From the NCBI GenBank assembly GCA_030295235.1, contig AP026162.1, positions 2,232,001-2,296,000 of the forward strand: 64,000 nt of DNA, read 5' to 3'. Under the pieces are notes generated by a model. That model did not search any database. It worked only from the letters and a program-made list of their open reading frames with translations, and was not told where the DNA came from. The position numbers and the translations under genes were made by a program. The first letter of the stretch is position 1; each line of letters starts with the position of its first letter. Shown here piece after piece: positions 23,306 through 35,800 of the stretch. Source of the stretch: Fistulifera solaris (taxonomy: Eukaryota).

Positions 23306-24247
23306 TCATGGAAGGTCTTTGACAAAATACCCAATCTCCGCCGCCGATCCCGCCCAAAAGGGGTTCCATCGTTGACCGACATCTTTATAACCGGCGCTCG
23401 TGTATAATTGATAAGCTGCCGTATTGTCGACATCGACATGCAAGTAGATTTTCGAATAACCCCAGACGGTACCCGCAATGTCTTCGACACATTGCACCAA
23501 GGCGCGACCGATGCTTTGTCCCCGATACGCTTCCGCCACACACAAGTTACTCAAGTACGGTTGTTGCTGAACTGCCGTTTGTTTGTTCCAAAGACGCCGT
23601 TCGATCCGATCCAACCAGGGCAGTGTAAACGGAATTTTGGCATCGCACGGTTGTAAGCGCAATTCCACAGAACCAATGATGTCAATGCGCCAGTTCATCT
23701 TCTTCGTATCGTTCGGAACAGGCCGCGCGAGTACCAAAACGAGAGCCATCCCGGCCGCTCCTTCCTCAGCGGGATGAGGTCCCTGAATGCCCATAGTTTG
23801 GGTAAGACGCCCACGAACCCGACTCCGCAACCCCGCCAAGACTTCGGCAAAGGCCACAATCCCCGAATATCCATTCAACAGTTCGACGGTTGGTTGAAGA
23901 ATGAACTGTTCAAATGACGTCATATCGCTGCTCAAACGAATGGCTTCGGAGCCAAACGATTCGACGACAAAGCGCGCCGTGTCGGGTAAATCGTCTTCTT
24001 CGACGACACACAATTCGAAAGATGGGTCGGATTTCAGCTGGAAGTTGGCGTTGAGGCACGATTGCTCATTTATTGTTGATTCATCTTTTGGGTAAAGAGT
24101 TCGTAAAGGGATTAAATGAAGTGTCGGCCGACGCAATCGATTATTGTTGCGGGCGAGCGATGCGGAAAATCCTCGTGTGCTTTGGACGAGTAATACGAGG
24201 GACAGTAACAATGAAAATCGCCGTCGTTTGAAATCACTTTTTATCAT
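23306..24247 (-). CDS. Plastid-targeted GNAT acetyltransferase
   Basis: Signal peptide with 'TRGFS'. Motif A 'YLSNLCVAEAYRGQSIGRALV' and 'LHVDVDNTAAYQLYTSAGY'. Confidence 0.88.
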   Translation of the reverse strand: MIKSDFKRRRFSLLLSLVLLVQSTRGFSASLARNNNRLRRPTLHLIPLRTLYPKDESTINEQSCLNANFQLKSDPSFELCVVEEDDLPDTARFVVESFGSEAIRLSSDMTSFEQFILQPTVELLNGYSGIVAFAEVLAGLRSRVRGRLTQTMGIQGPHPAEEGAAGMALVLVLARPVPNDTKKMNWRIDIIGSVELRLQPCDAKIPFTLPWLDRIERRLWNKQTAVQQQPYLSNLCVAEAYRGQSIGRALVQCVEDIAGTVWGYSKIYLHVDVDNTAAYQLYTSAGYKDVGQRWNPFWAGSAAEIGYFVKDLP

Positions 24248-24772
24248 CTTGCGAAGTAGAAAAGGGAGGTGGGTTGACGTTAATTATTAACTCCGTAACA
24301 AACATGAGGTGCAATGACGAAATAATATAAAATGAACAAACATGAAACAGAAATTCTGGATAGTGTCGTTCCAGAAAATCTGGATGAGATTCGGTGTAAA
24401 CAGTCATACAGAAACTCTGGCTACGCGCTTGACTTTCTAGATACGGTGGTTCTTATAATACTACTGAAATTCTGTCTACGTTAATCACCTTTTTTATCTT
24501 GCGCAAGACCGTAGCCCTTTCGTTGTATAATTGCTCAATATTTGTAAAATGGACTTGCATGATGTATGACCATGGATCGATTGTGTTTCGATTCTTTGCT
24601 ATAATAGGACATCTTGAGGATGTGTTCCGAATTCTCTCACTACTACGTTGAATGCAGTTTTGAAACCTTATCTTGACGAAATCTCTAGTGATTCAAAAGA
24701 GTTTCATTTCTTCTTACTTTTAATAAAGTATATAGCCTCTACTTTGTGTTTATTTTTATGATTCGTCATTCA

Positions 24773-25759
24773 TTATCCCCCCGTGACCGATTTCCACCAA
24801 TTCCCTAATGTATTTTCTTCTTGTTGTTGAAGAGACTTTGGTTTTCGAAATGGCACCGCACCCGACTCAAATTTGTTTCGCAAATCGTACACAAATTCTA
24901 GTGCGGCTCGTTCGGCGGTGGTCAATTCGGGATGCCAAAAATCCAGAATCAAGACATGCCGATCGTGTTGGGTCGGATTGCCGGTGCTGTGGGTAAAGGA
25001 CGTATCCAAAGTCGTTAGTTTTCCTTCTTGCCATCCACGGCGTTCCCCTCCCACTTCAATCCAGCAATCCTTTCCGTCTTCGGCGGCAGGAATCGATAAT
25101 CCCAAATGGGACGTCAAGATAAAATTTCGTCCGTCGGAATGGGGTTGGACACCGGACCCGGGGGCTTGTCGCGCAAAGCAAACACCCCGGACCGCCAAAG
25201 GAATGTTGAGAGACCGCAACAGTTCGTAGGTTTCGGGAAAGGCTTGACAATTTTCCATATTCCATACCCCCAAACGTTGCAATCGCACGGCACTCCATCC
25301 GGCGCCCATGACTTGATTCTGCCATACGGAATCGGCCGCAAATTTGTTGCTATTCAACAACTGCTCCCGGAATTCGCGTTGAATGATATTAGCCGAAGCT
25401 TCCAAGGGTGCCGCCCACGGAAATAATTCCGGATCGTCGGAGGTATCCCAGAACGGTTTCGCGGTCAAATCGGGGACATGTTCTTCGGAGGGTTCATGAC
25501 CGGAAGCATATCCCTGCGGTGGTGGAATCAATCCCTGGGATGAAGCACAAAACGTACGAATGCGCTCTAAATTTTGTCCATTTTGTTTCAAATAAAATCG
25601 TTCGATGCCTTCCAAGCCTTCTTCGACGTCTTCCCAAAACTGTTGTTGTCGTTCCGTAAGTGCCGATACGGCGACGACGCGAGGATGCGAAGGTGGTGTG
25701 GTGTGAAAAGCTTCAACGACAAACGTTGACCCAACCAACCAAACCAGAAGATGCTTCAT
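24773..25759 (-). CDS. Plastid-targeted aspartyl/asparaginyl beta-hydroxylase domain protein (2OG-Fe(II))
   Basis: Signal peptide with 'VEAFH'. 'PGSGVQPHSDG', 'SHLGL', 'WQEGK...DTSFTHSTGN...RHVLILDFWHPEL'. Confidence 0.88.
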   Translation of the reverse strand: MKHLLVWLVGSTFVVEAFHTTPPSHPRVVAVSALTERQQQFWEDVEEGLEGIERFYLKQNGQNLERIRTFCASSQGLIPPPQGYASGHEPSEEHVPDLTAKPFWDTSDDPELFPWAAPLEASANIIQREFREQLLNSNKFAADSVWQNQVMGAGWSAVRLQRLGVWNMENCQAFPETYELLRSLNIPLAVRGVCFARQAPGSGVQPHSDGRNFILTSHLGLSIPAAEDGKDCWIEVGGERRGWQEGKLTTLDTSFTHSTGNPTQHDRHVLILDFWHPELTTAERAALEFVYDLRNKFESGAVPFRKPKSLQQQEENTLGNWWKSVTGG

Positions 25760-25921
25760 TGTTCGTTTTCGTAAAAAACTGATTGAATAGACAAGCCATG
25801 TACCTTTCCTTTATCTAGCTTGGCAAAAGCAACAACGCCGCAAATAAAAAGTTTTATTGTGAGTTGAGTTGTTGACATTAAACTGAGTTTTTGTAGCTTG
25901 AAACCGCCTGTGTTAAGCACA

Positions 25922-25993
25922 TCCGCGATAGTATAGTGGCTAGTATCCCCGCCTGTCACGCGGGAGACCGGGGTTCGATTCCCCGTCGCGGAG
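25922..25993 (+). tRNA. tRNA-Asp(GTC)
   Basis: Acceptor stem TCCGCGA/TCGCGGA, anticodon arm CCCGC-CTGTCAC-GCGGG, T-loop GGTTCGATTCC, followed by a T-run terminator. Confidence 0.97.
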
Positions 25994-26181
25994 TATTTTT
26001 TCTATTCCGTCTCATTTTTTGCCCACTGACGTTTTTTAGTCGGTTGATGATTCACCACCATCGGTATGTCTTTTTTCTTTTGCACTTGTCGAACATGTAG
26101 AATAACATATACTAATGATCAAGGAAAGGTATTGAAAACAAGACGCTAAAAAACTTAACCTATTCACTATCCTCTTAAAAG

Positions 26182-27408
26182 ATGCACATTCCGTCCGCAA
26201 TCATGACAACTACAATGATTTTGGCTTCGACGACACGATGGGCGTCGGCCTTTTCGTCGCGTTCATCGGCATTTACTCGCAGCAATTTTCGCTCGTATTC
26301 TTCCACACAACTCTCCATGAAGTTACAAACCGCCATTGTCGGATTACCCAATGTCGATAAATCTACGCTCTTCAATGCCTTGACCGAAACACAAGGTGCC
26401 GAAGCGGCCAATTATCCCTTTTGTACCATTGAACCCAACGTTGGGATTGTGGCCGTCCCGGATCCGCGATTGCAAGTTCTGTCCAAAATCAACAAATCTG
26501 TGAAAATTGTTCCCGCGACTTTGGAATTTGTCGACGTGGCCGGTCTGATCAAGGGTGCAGCGCAAGGCGAAGGTTTGGGCAATCAATTTTTGGGCTCCAT
26601 TCGTCAGTGCGATGCCATTGTGCACGTCGTACGGTGCTTTGAAGATGATGATGTCATTCATGTCGATGGGACGGTCGATCCTATTCGGGATGCGGAATTG
26701 ATTAATTTGGAACTAACGTTTGCGGATTTGGCGCAAGTCGAGAAACGGTTGGAACGCGTTCGCAAGGACCGGAATGCGAATACCGACGAAAAGAATGCCC
26801 TCGAAAAAGTGTCGGCTGTACTCAATATGGATCAACCCGCTCGGCAAGCGGATTTGTCTCCCGAAGAAGAAGCATCGATCAAATCATTGGGTCTTTTAAC
26901 AAGAAAGCCCATGATTTATGCCGCCAACGTGGCGGATGGAGATTTGGCGACCGGTAACGAACGCGTCGACCAACTTCGAGAAATGGCGACCAAAGAAGGC
27001 GGGAAAGTTGTCGTAGTTTCGGCACAAGTCGAATCTGAGTTGGTCGACCTTGAACCGGAAGATCGCGAAGATTTCTTGCAGTCGCTGGGAGTGACCATGG
27101 AGGATACAGGCTTGCGCAAATTGGTGCGAGAGGCGTACGATTTGTTGGGCCTGTCCACGTATTTTACAAGTGGAGAGACCGAAACCCGCGCCTGGACGAT
27201 CAAAAAGGGATGGAAAGCTCCTCAGGCCGCTGGTGTGATTCATAATGATTTCGAGCGTGGTTTCATTCGTGCGGAAACGATATCGTACGAGCATCTGGTG
27301 CAATGTGGCAGTGAACAAGAGGCAAAAAGTAAAGGTTTACTACGAAGTGAAGGAAAGGAGTACGAGGTGCAAGAAGGAGACGTCATTTTGTTCCGCTTTA
27401 ACGTATAG
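26182..27408 (+). CDS. ychF: Organelle-targeted YchF/OLA1 Obg-family ATPase
   Basis: 'ASAFS' bipartite leader, 'ANYPFCTIEPN', 'DVAGL', and TGS domain 'AGVIHNDFERGFIRAE...GDVILFRFNV'. P-loop reads GLPNVDKST. Confidence 0.93.
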   Translation: MHIPSAIMTTTMILASTTRWASAFSSRSSAFTRSNFRSYSSTQLSMKLQTAIVGLPNVDKSTLFNALTETQGAEAANYPFCTIEPNVGIVAVPDPRLQVLSKINKSVKIVPATLEFVDVAGLIKGAAQGEGLGNQFLGSIRQCDAIVHVVRCFEDDDVIHVDGTVDPIRDAELINLELTFADLAQVEKRLERVRKDRNANTDEKNALEKVSAVLNMDQPARQADLSPEEEASIKSLGLLTRKPMIYAANVADGDLATGNERVDQLREMATKEGGKVVVVSAQVESELVDLEPEDREDFLQSLGVTMEDTGLRKLVREAYDLLGLSTYFTSGETETRAWTIKKGWKAPQAAGVIHNDFERGFIRAETISYEHLVQCGSEQEAKSKGLLRSEGKEYEVQEGDVILFRFNV

Positions 27409-27443
27409 TTTTAGCATTGTTATGAATAATTACATTTGTTGTT

Positions 27444-28825
27444 TTATTCACCTTGGAATCGTTCTTCCACTGCCCACAAGCCAAGTGCAGGATTTCGAAT
27501 GAAAAGAATTCACCGTCATCATCCGTATTCCAGCCATCTTTGAGCTTTTGAACGTCATATTTCTTTTCCATCTGTTCCAAACTACCGTAGCCTATTCCAG
27601 CCTGTTCTATTTCGTCGCGCGTGAGATGTCCCGGACAGTAAGTGATGTGGAACCTCCCCTCGGACGAGCCGTGAATGAGATGAGCGACCGCGGACAGATT
27701 ATCCCTCAATTCTTGATTCTCTTCCATGGCTTTCATTGTAGCAGGAGTTCCCTTATATCCATATTTTCGTATGAGTTCATCGACTCGTGCATCTTCACCA
27801 AATCGTTTTACACCCGGAGCCAAGACAATGAGATGACCGTCATCGGCCATGGCCATACGTGTGCGGTAGATCGCCTTGTTCCCCAACCAGGTGCTATGAA
27901 ATTCGTCCGGATCCAGGTAGGTTACCATGCGATGGACTGGTTTTTCCAGCATGGTGAAATTGACTTTGAGACTCAGATCGCACGCTTTCGAGTAACATTC
28001 AATGTCCCTCCCAATGTACAGACCCCGTACGCAGAGATCACCTGTGTCTTTATCCGGAGCCACGACAGTCAGTATGTACCACAAATCCAGCTGCTTCTCC
28101 AGAAATTCCTGACTCGCATAGTTCAAGATGGCACGCAATGGATTGTCCTTGCGACCCATCATGCGCTCCATGCCGTGGACGGCTCCAATGAAATGAGACA
28201 AATTGATGGCTTCGACTCCCCCCGTCCCAACAAACAAGTTCTTGTTGAAATTGGCCATCCCCATGACTTCGTGCGGCACTACTTGCCCGATGGATAACAC
28301 GAGAGACGCCGGTTTCTTGTCTGGACGACGACGCTTGTCCCACACCTTTCGATTCAATTGTGCCGGCCATTCTTGATCGACGAGACCCTGTGTTGCCTCT
28401 CGTACCATGGAAGCCGGTGCATGTCCTATCGTGACGACATCCTTACGCCATTCATGAACAATGAAAGTGTCATCTTGTTTCTTCGCTAGTTGTTCTCCGT
28501 ACATGGTTTTGATTTCCTGCGGTGTCATGGGCGCATGCGTTCCGAGTGCGGGTAAAATTTGTATCGAAGGCGGCGAACTTTTCAGTTTCTTTGTTGATGG
28601 AGTATCGCTAGTCTCTGAAGGGATGAACTGATAATGCTCGCATATCATTTGCGTCAATTTTCCTGCTTGAGAATGGAAGCGCGTGAAATCGGGTGGAATG
28701 ATCAAGACATCGTCACGTGCTCCGAGCGCTTCTAGAAATGAATCAATCTGCTGTCTTAGATCATCGTCGGAAAAACACGTTGTTTCTGATCCGACCGCAC
28801 AGAATAGAGAAGGTGGTTCTGACAT
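27444..28825 (-). CDS. LarA-superfamily (DUF2088) nickel-pincer-dependent racemase/epimerase homologue
   Basis: 'PDFTR', 'ALGTH', 'VPHEVMGMANFNK', 'INLSH' and 'WLGNKA'. A terminal frameshift near 27500 restores '...FIRNPALGLWAVEERFQGE*'. Confidence 0.85.
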
Positions 28826-29851
28826 GATGATTTATTTGATGTGAATTGTTAGATCATCATTCTCTCTATGGCAAGTATCGCGACAAAAACGCAGAACGGT
28901 CATCGCGCCCGTGATCGGATCTTTCAGTACCGTATGGATCGTTTACTATACTGAAGCGATGTCGTCGGACCATAACTTGACTGTGACGTTTCGTACTCTT
29001 CAATTCCAGCGTCATGTCAAAAATGTTTGCCTCTTGCTTGCTCTTTCCGCGCAATGACGAAAATGGGCGCAACATCTGACGGAACGACAGACACGGTTTT
29101 ATTTTCGAGACGCGCGTGCAACTCCGAGATCCGAACAAGGAAGTCATTGTAAAGATTAACTATGGACGGAATAGCGAAGATTTAATGCGTACGAACGAGT
29201 TTACTTAGGAGAATGTCGCTGTAGACTCCGGTACATCGTCTACATGACAAAAATACAAAGTCAACGGTTTCTGCAAAGTGTCGTAAAACAAAAAAAAATT
29301 CAATCGCGAGATTTTTCGTACCAGGTACCCCACTTCCTCTCATTGATCACCGCAGCATCACTTTTGCAAAAACAGCAAGCAGCGCAACCCGAAGATCAAA
29401 TCATTTGATTGAAAACTTCAACAGCATGTAAGTAATTCTTTCAATTCTTTTACCATCGTGATTGTAAATGTATCGAAAATGAAATTGTTCATTTTGATTG
29501 GGATAAACGCTTTGAATGGCAATGTTTTGTTGCTCATGGTCGATCTCCATGCATCGAAAAAGGAACGCAGCAGCGTTGACCTCTTGCTCGAGTGTTTTGT
29601 TTTTCATGTCGTTGGAGGCACGTAGAATTTTGTACGAACGCACGCGTAGAGATTCGGGTCCTGAATCGATCAGTCGTGTCACGTAGAAACAGTACTGAGA
29701 ATTCCCGTAGACACGCACGCTCGTTCTTGTCCGACTGATCGAAAAACATTGAGCGGAATGAAGTTTGCATTTCTCTTGTCAGCACCACTTTTGTAAAGCA
29801 CCTGTCATTGCATTGCCTCACAATTCATTCCCCTTATTGCTGACAGATTGA

Positions 29852-30636
<785 letters not shown>

Positions 30637-30725
30637 TTCATCGAGAAGGATTAGCATACAATCTTGGGTAATAAAGTGCCGCGCTAGTTATTATATAGTA
30701 ATAGAAATACTGTTTCATTGAAGTA

Positions 30726-32361
30726 CTACGAAAGTTCCGCAGTATGATGGTCGTGAGGCCCATCGCTGAACCCGTTCGCTTTCGCCGAGTGCGATGATTC
30801 AAACTCGTCGTCATCGTCCAGAGCCGACGGTACGACGCCGGATAACTCCAGATCATCTCCGTCACTCCGCAATTCCATAACGTAGGCGTACTCCTTGGCA
30901 TTAGGATTTGGTCTCCAAAGAATCGCCACACCCAAGAGAGCCCCCGTGTAAATCAATTCTTTGAGTCCTTCAATCATCCATTCATTCTCTTCCAATAAAA
31001 TCCCGCTTTCCCCGAAAGTATCGACCACCGAGAAGATGGCCCAGATCACCGACGCCAAAATGGTGAAAAGGAAGATTTGTCGGAGTTGCAAGTAGCGCTC
31101 GAGCTTGCGCGTTTGATTCATGTTCTCCAAGTACTCCATCGTATTATTCAGGGCATCGAGCATCCACATGAAAAAGACCACATCGAGCACCGCCAATACA
31201 AACGTCAAGAGCGACGCGAGCTGGAAGAGGTTTTCTTCTTTGCTTTCCGAAAGCGTCTGTATATCTTCAATGGCGAACACCATGATCAAGTCCACAAAGA
31301 CGGACGTTGCCGTATATGCCGTACCAAGGATGACAATGGTTTTCATGGTCGATCCCAACGAGTCGCGCACCACACCCCAGCCGAGGCCGACCATGACCGC
31401 CAGACAACGCGAAACACCCTGTTTGAAACTACCGGTAAAAATGGTCAAATACGCCAGCAAGTTATTGGGATAACCCTGACCGTTCCAAAGGAGAAGATGG
31501 ACGGTCTGATAAAAGGCTTCGACGAGGCCCAAACAGATAGTAGCGAGGATCCATTTCTCAATCGGAATGCGACTCTCCTTGTTCTTGATCATACTTAAAC
31601 CGTACCAGAGGACAAAGGCAATGTAACCGACTGTCACATAGATATAAAACCACATAATACCAAAGAGTTGACCCGGCAAGTATCCGTGCTCGGACTTCCA
31701 AATCATGTTTTCCTTTCACGGCCACGGGCCGTCCGGAAGGGTCACAGTTCGCCATAACCACAACATAATGACCCTGCTCGAGTTGATCGAGTTTTCCCAA
31801 TTTGATGCGTTTCGAAACATCCCCCGCCGAAGGAATATTGACATACCGCGAGTCGCCCGTGTACTTGGACTTGTCGACAATGATCCGTCCGTACTGGGCC
31901 GCTTGATCGCGATCGCACAATCCCTTGTCAATCGCATCGTTCGAACAACACCAGCGGAGTGTACCATCGTCCGCGCGACCTCCGACCCCCGATGCGGTAT
32001 AATCACACCCTTTGCGGGAACTCGCACATTTTTCCGGCAATCGAAAGACGAGAATATCGACGGCGGTACCATCCGTTTCGATGCCTCCATCGAGTCGTCG
32101 GCGCGAGCCATCATCATTCACGTACTCATCGTCCGTCATGCTATCGTCTGTAAACACGGAATTGGGATCTAAAAAGTTGTTGTGATCGGAATTGAAGGTG
32201 AGATCCGACAAATCAATGAATCCGGGGGCCCGAATGTATCCTTCGTAATAATGAATCGTTGATTCGTCCGGTTTGAGCAACACGTTGAAGGGCATCACCT
32301 CCGCGTGGGTTCGGACGAAGCACAATGTTGTCGTTGCGAGAATGAATAGGAGTCGTTGCAT
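30726..32361 (-). CDS. GPR107/GPR108/TMEM87 (lung seven-transmembrane) family protein
   Basis: Signal peptide, lumenal domain with 'WCC', 'HGYLPG', seven TM helices, 'GLGWGVVR' and 'LWRPNPNAKEYAY'. Frameshift near 31707. Confidence 0.88.
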
Positions 32362-32832
32362 CTTATTGAATAAAATGAAGTGGAGAATGACCAGGCAACT
32401 CGTTTGAGAAAGTGTTTTGTTAGGAAACACGACCGTTGTAAAAAAGATGCCCCGCAATGACTTCGCGGCAAGCTTCGCGGGAGGCACGAGACCACGGCGA
32501 AACACGCCAAGACACATCGTTTGCTGCGCACTGACGCGCAGGGTCGTGGTGGGAGGAGTTTCCGGTTTACACTGTAATGTACAGTCAATTTCCTTTTGAG
32601 TAACACGGAACTTCATAGTTGTATGTAATAATCGTAGCGGTTCTCAATGAATGGAAAAGACAGCCGTTGAGAGTCGCGCGCCGCCTCACCCTCCGTTTCC
32701 CTCCTCCGCCGTGCGAAGAACCGCCGCCATGCGGTGCACACAAATAAATGACAGTGACAGCACCAAAATATAAAGCATTCATTCGTTCGTCCTTTCTCTG
32801 CACGAGACTTGTTTCAAACCTCTAGACAGATC

Positions 32833-35800
32833 ATGTCACCCACCAAACGAACTATATTTCTCGAACACTCCGACGACTTGCTTCCGCTGAAACGATTGCG
32901 GGGCGGTGGTGAGGAAGAGGAAGAGCCCGCGTTCGACGAAGTCTTTGTGGAGGAATACGACGGTCCGGAACCTCCGGACGAATTTCTCGAAGAAGAAGCA
33001 CCGCTCGTCATTGAAAAGGAAGAACATATCGTTCGTTGGAAACGTCCCGATGTGCCTAGCGACCTCAATAATCAATCCGACTTGAATGTGCAATGGATTG
33101 ATATGGACGTTGTCTCCGGAAAGCCCCTCCAGGAAAATCCCAATCCCCAGAACCCCGTGCGGGGTGGAAACGGTCCCGAAGTTCCCGTCTTGCGTTGTTA
33201 CGGTGTCAATGAAGCCGGTCATTCCGTCGCCATCTTTGTTCATGGCTTTACGCCGTATTGCTTCTTTGCGTTACCCGCCGGATACGCATTGACCGACACG
33301 ACAAAGACGGAAGAAATTCGACACATCCTCGAAGAACGACTCAAAGGGGATGTCCGGAGCAACCAAGCGGACAGTGCCTTGGTACACGGCGTCGAGTACA
33401 TTACCGATCACAAGAGTATCATGGGATACGAAACACAGCACACCCAGTTTCTCAAAGTGTTCCTTTCGTTGCCCGGTCTCGTTCCCACATTAAAACGCAT
33501 CATGGAAGGCGGCATTCATTTGCCGGGCATTGAAGTCACGGATCCGGAAGCGGCTTCGTCGATCGGTGAAGAGTATGGCCGCATGACGAGGTTTGCGGCA
33601 TTTGAATGCAATGTGCCCTTTGTACTACGTTTTATGGTTGACTGGGAGATTACCGGGGCCGGATGGTTGACATTGCCGGCACACACGTATAAGATCCGTG
33701 AAAAATGTGATAAGTTGACGCATTGTCAGGTAAGTGGTTATTTATCAAGGTCATCGGTGATGTATGAGCATTGTGTCTCACCTGAATCATCGTCTCGGCA
33801 CTTCAGATTGAAGTCGATATTACCTACGAAGATATCGTTCCACAAAAATCAGAAGGCGAATGGAACAAGATTGCGCCGTTGCGAATCCTTTCGGTGGATA
33901 TTGAATGTCAAGGGCGAAAGGGACACTTTCCGGAGGCCGAGCAAGATCCGGTCATCCAAATTGCCAACTCGTTATCCGTATCCGGCCAAGACAAACCAAT
34001 TGTGCAGAATGTCTTCACGTTGAAAGGATGTTTGCCTATTGTCGGAGCACAAGTTATTTCGTCGGACAAGGAAGAAGACATGTTGATGAAGTGGAGAGCA
34101 TTTCTGGAGATTTGTGACCCCGACATTATCACCGGCTACAACGTGCAAAATTTCGACATTCCGTATTTGCTCGATCGTGCCGCTACTCTTTGCAAAGGCA
34201 ACAAGAATAGCGATTTGAAGAATTTCGCTCAGTGGGGTCGTATCCGGAATGTCAAAGCCAAGATGAAGGATACTACTTTTCAATCCGCCGCCTTTGGCAA
34301 GCGCAACAACGTCGAGACCACCATTGATGGCCGTGTCATCTTTGACATGTTACCTTACATGCAGCGCAATCACAAACTCAGTTCGTACTCGCTGAACTCT
34401 GTCTGCGCCGAGTATTTAGGACAGCAGAAAGAAGATGTACACCACAGCATCATTTCGGATCTGCAGAACGGGAGCGACGAAGATCGTCACCGATTGGCGG
34501 TTTACTGTCTCAAGGACGCTTTGTTGCCACAGCGCCTTATGGATAAGCTGAGTGTTCTTGTGAACTACATTGAGATGGCGCGTGTAACAGGTGTGCCCAT
34601 GTCGTTCTTGATTTCGCGTGGTCAGCAAATTAAAGTTTATTCCATGATTCTGCGCAAGTGCCGCAAAGTCGGTTTGTTGGTTCCTACGTTGCAAAAGTCC
34701 GGTGGACCGGGTGATGGCGATGTTGGTTATGAGGGAGCTACAGTTTTGGACCCTATCAAAAACTACTATGAAGTGCCCATTGCAACCTTGGATTTCGCTT
34801 CGCTTTACCCTTCCATCATGCAGGCGGTAAGTCATGATATTTCTGGATGCATTTCTCCGTGCTATATTTGCTCATTGTCGGTTTCTCTTCTTTCAGTATA
34901 ATTTGTGCTACTCTACTTTAGTGAACCAAGCGGAAAAGAAGAAGTTGGACTCTTCGCTTTACAAGGAATCAGACAACGGGTACATATTCGTGCATTCGCA
35001 CGTCAAGAAAGGTGAGTTTTTAAGCAGCTTGATGCAACAGTTGTTGCCCTTACTGAAACCACCGATATCAACAGGTATTCTGCCGGAGATTCTGGAAGAG
35101 TTACTAAACGCTCGAAAGCAGGCAAAGAAAGATATGAAGAACGCCCCAACAGATTTCGAACGTTCTGTGCAGAATGGTCGTCAGCTTGCGTTGAAAGTAT
35201 CGGCCAACTCCGTGTACGGATTCACTGGAGCTACAGTGGGTCAACTCCCTTGCGTTCCGATAGCTTCGTCTGTCACCTCCTATGGCCGACAGCTTTTAGA
35301 AAAAACAAAGGCGTACGTCGAGGAGAACTTCACAAAAGCCAATGGATACGAATACGATGCGCAAGTCATCTACGGTGATACGGATTCAGTCATGGTCAAG
35401 TTCGGAACGAAGACTGTCAAAGACACGTTTCCTCTCGCCGAAGAAGCGGCTGAAAAGTGTTCCGCGATTTTTCCTCACCCGATTCAGTTGGAGTTTGAGA
35501 AAGTCTATTTTCCTTATCTTCTCATGTAAGTGCCCGGTTAAAGGGCGATAGATGTGCCTTGGACACGATTTTCTGACCTTCGCCTACCCCAGGAACAAAA
35601 GCGCTACGCTGGACTTATGTGGACCGAGATTGAAAAGTACGATAAGATGGACACCAAAGGTCTCGAAACAGTTCGTCGCGACAACTGTGCATTAGTGCGC
35701 GACGTCATTCAAACGTCGCTCGACAAGATCTTGATCCATCAGGACGTAAACGGGGCGATTGAATATGTAAAGAAACAAATCTCGGATCTTCTGCAGAATA

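Noticed and set aside
27398..27444. Apparent 3' overlap between YchF and the LarA-like ORF
   Set aside because: The overlap results from a terminal frameshift; the corrected LarA-like frame stops at 27444.
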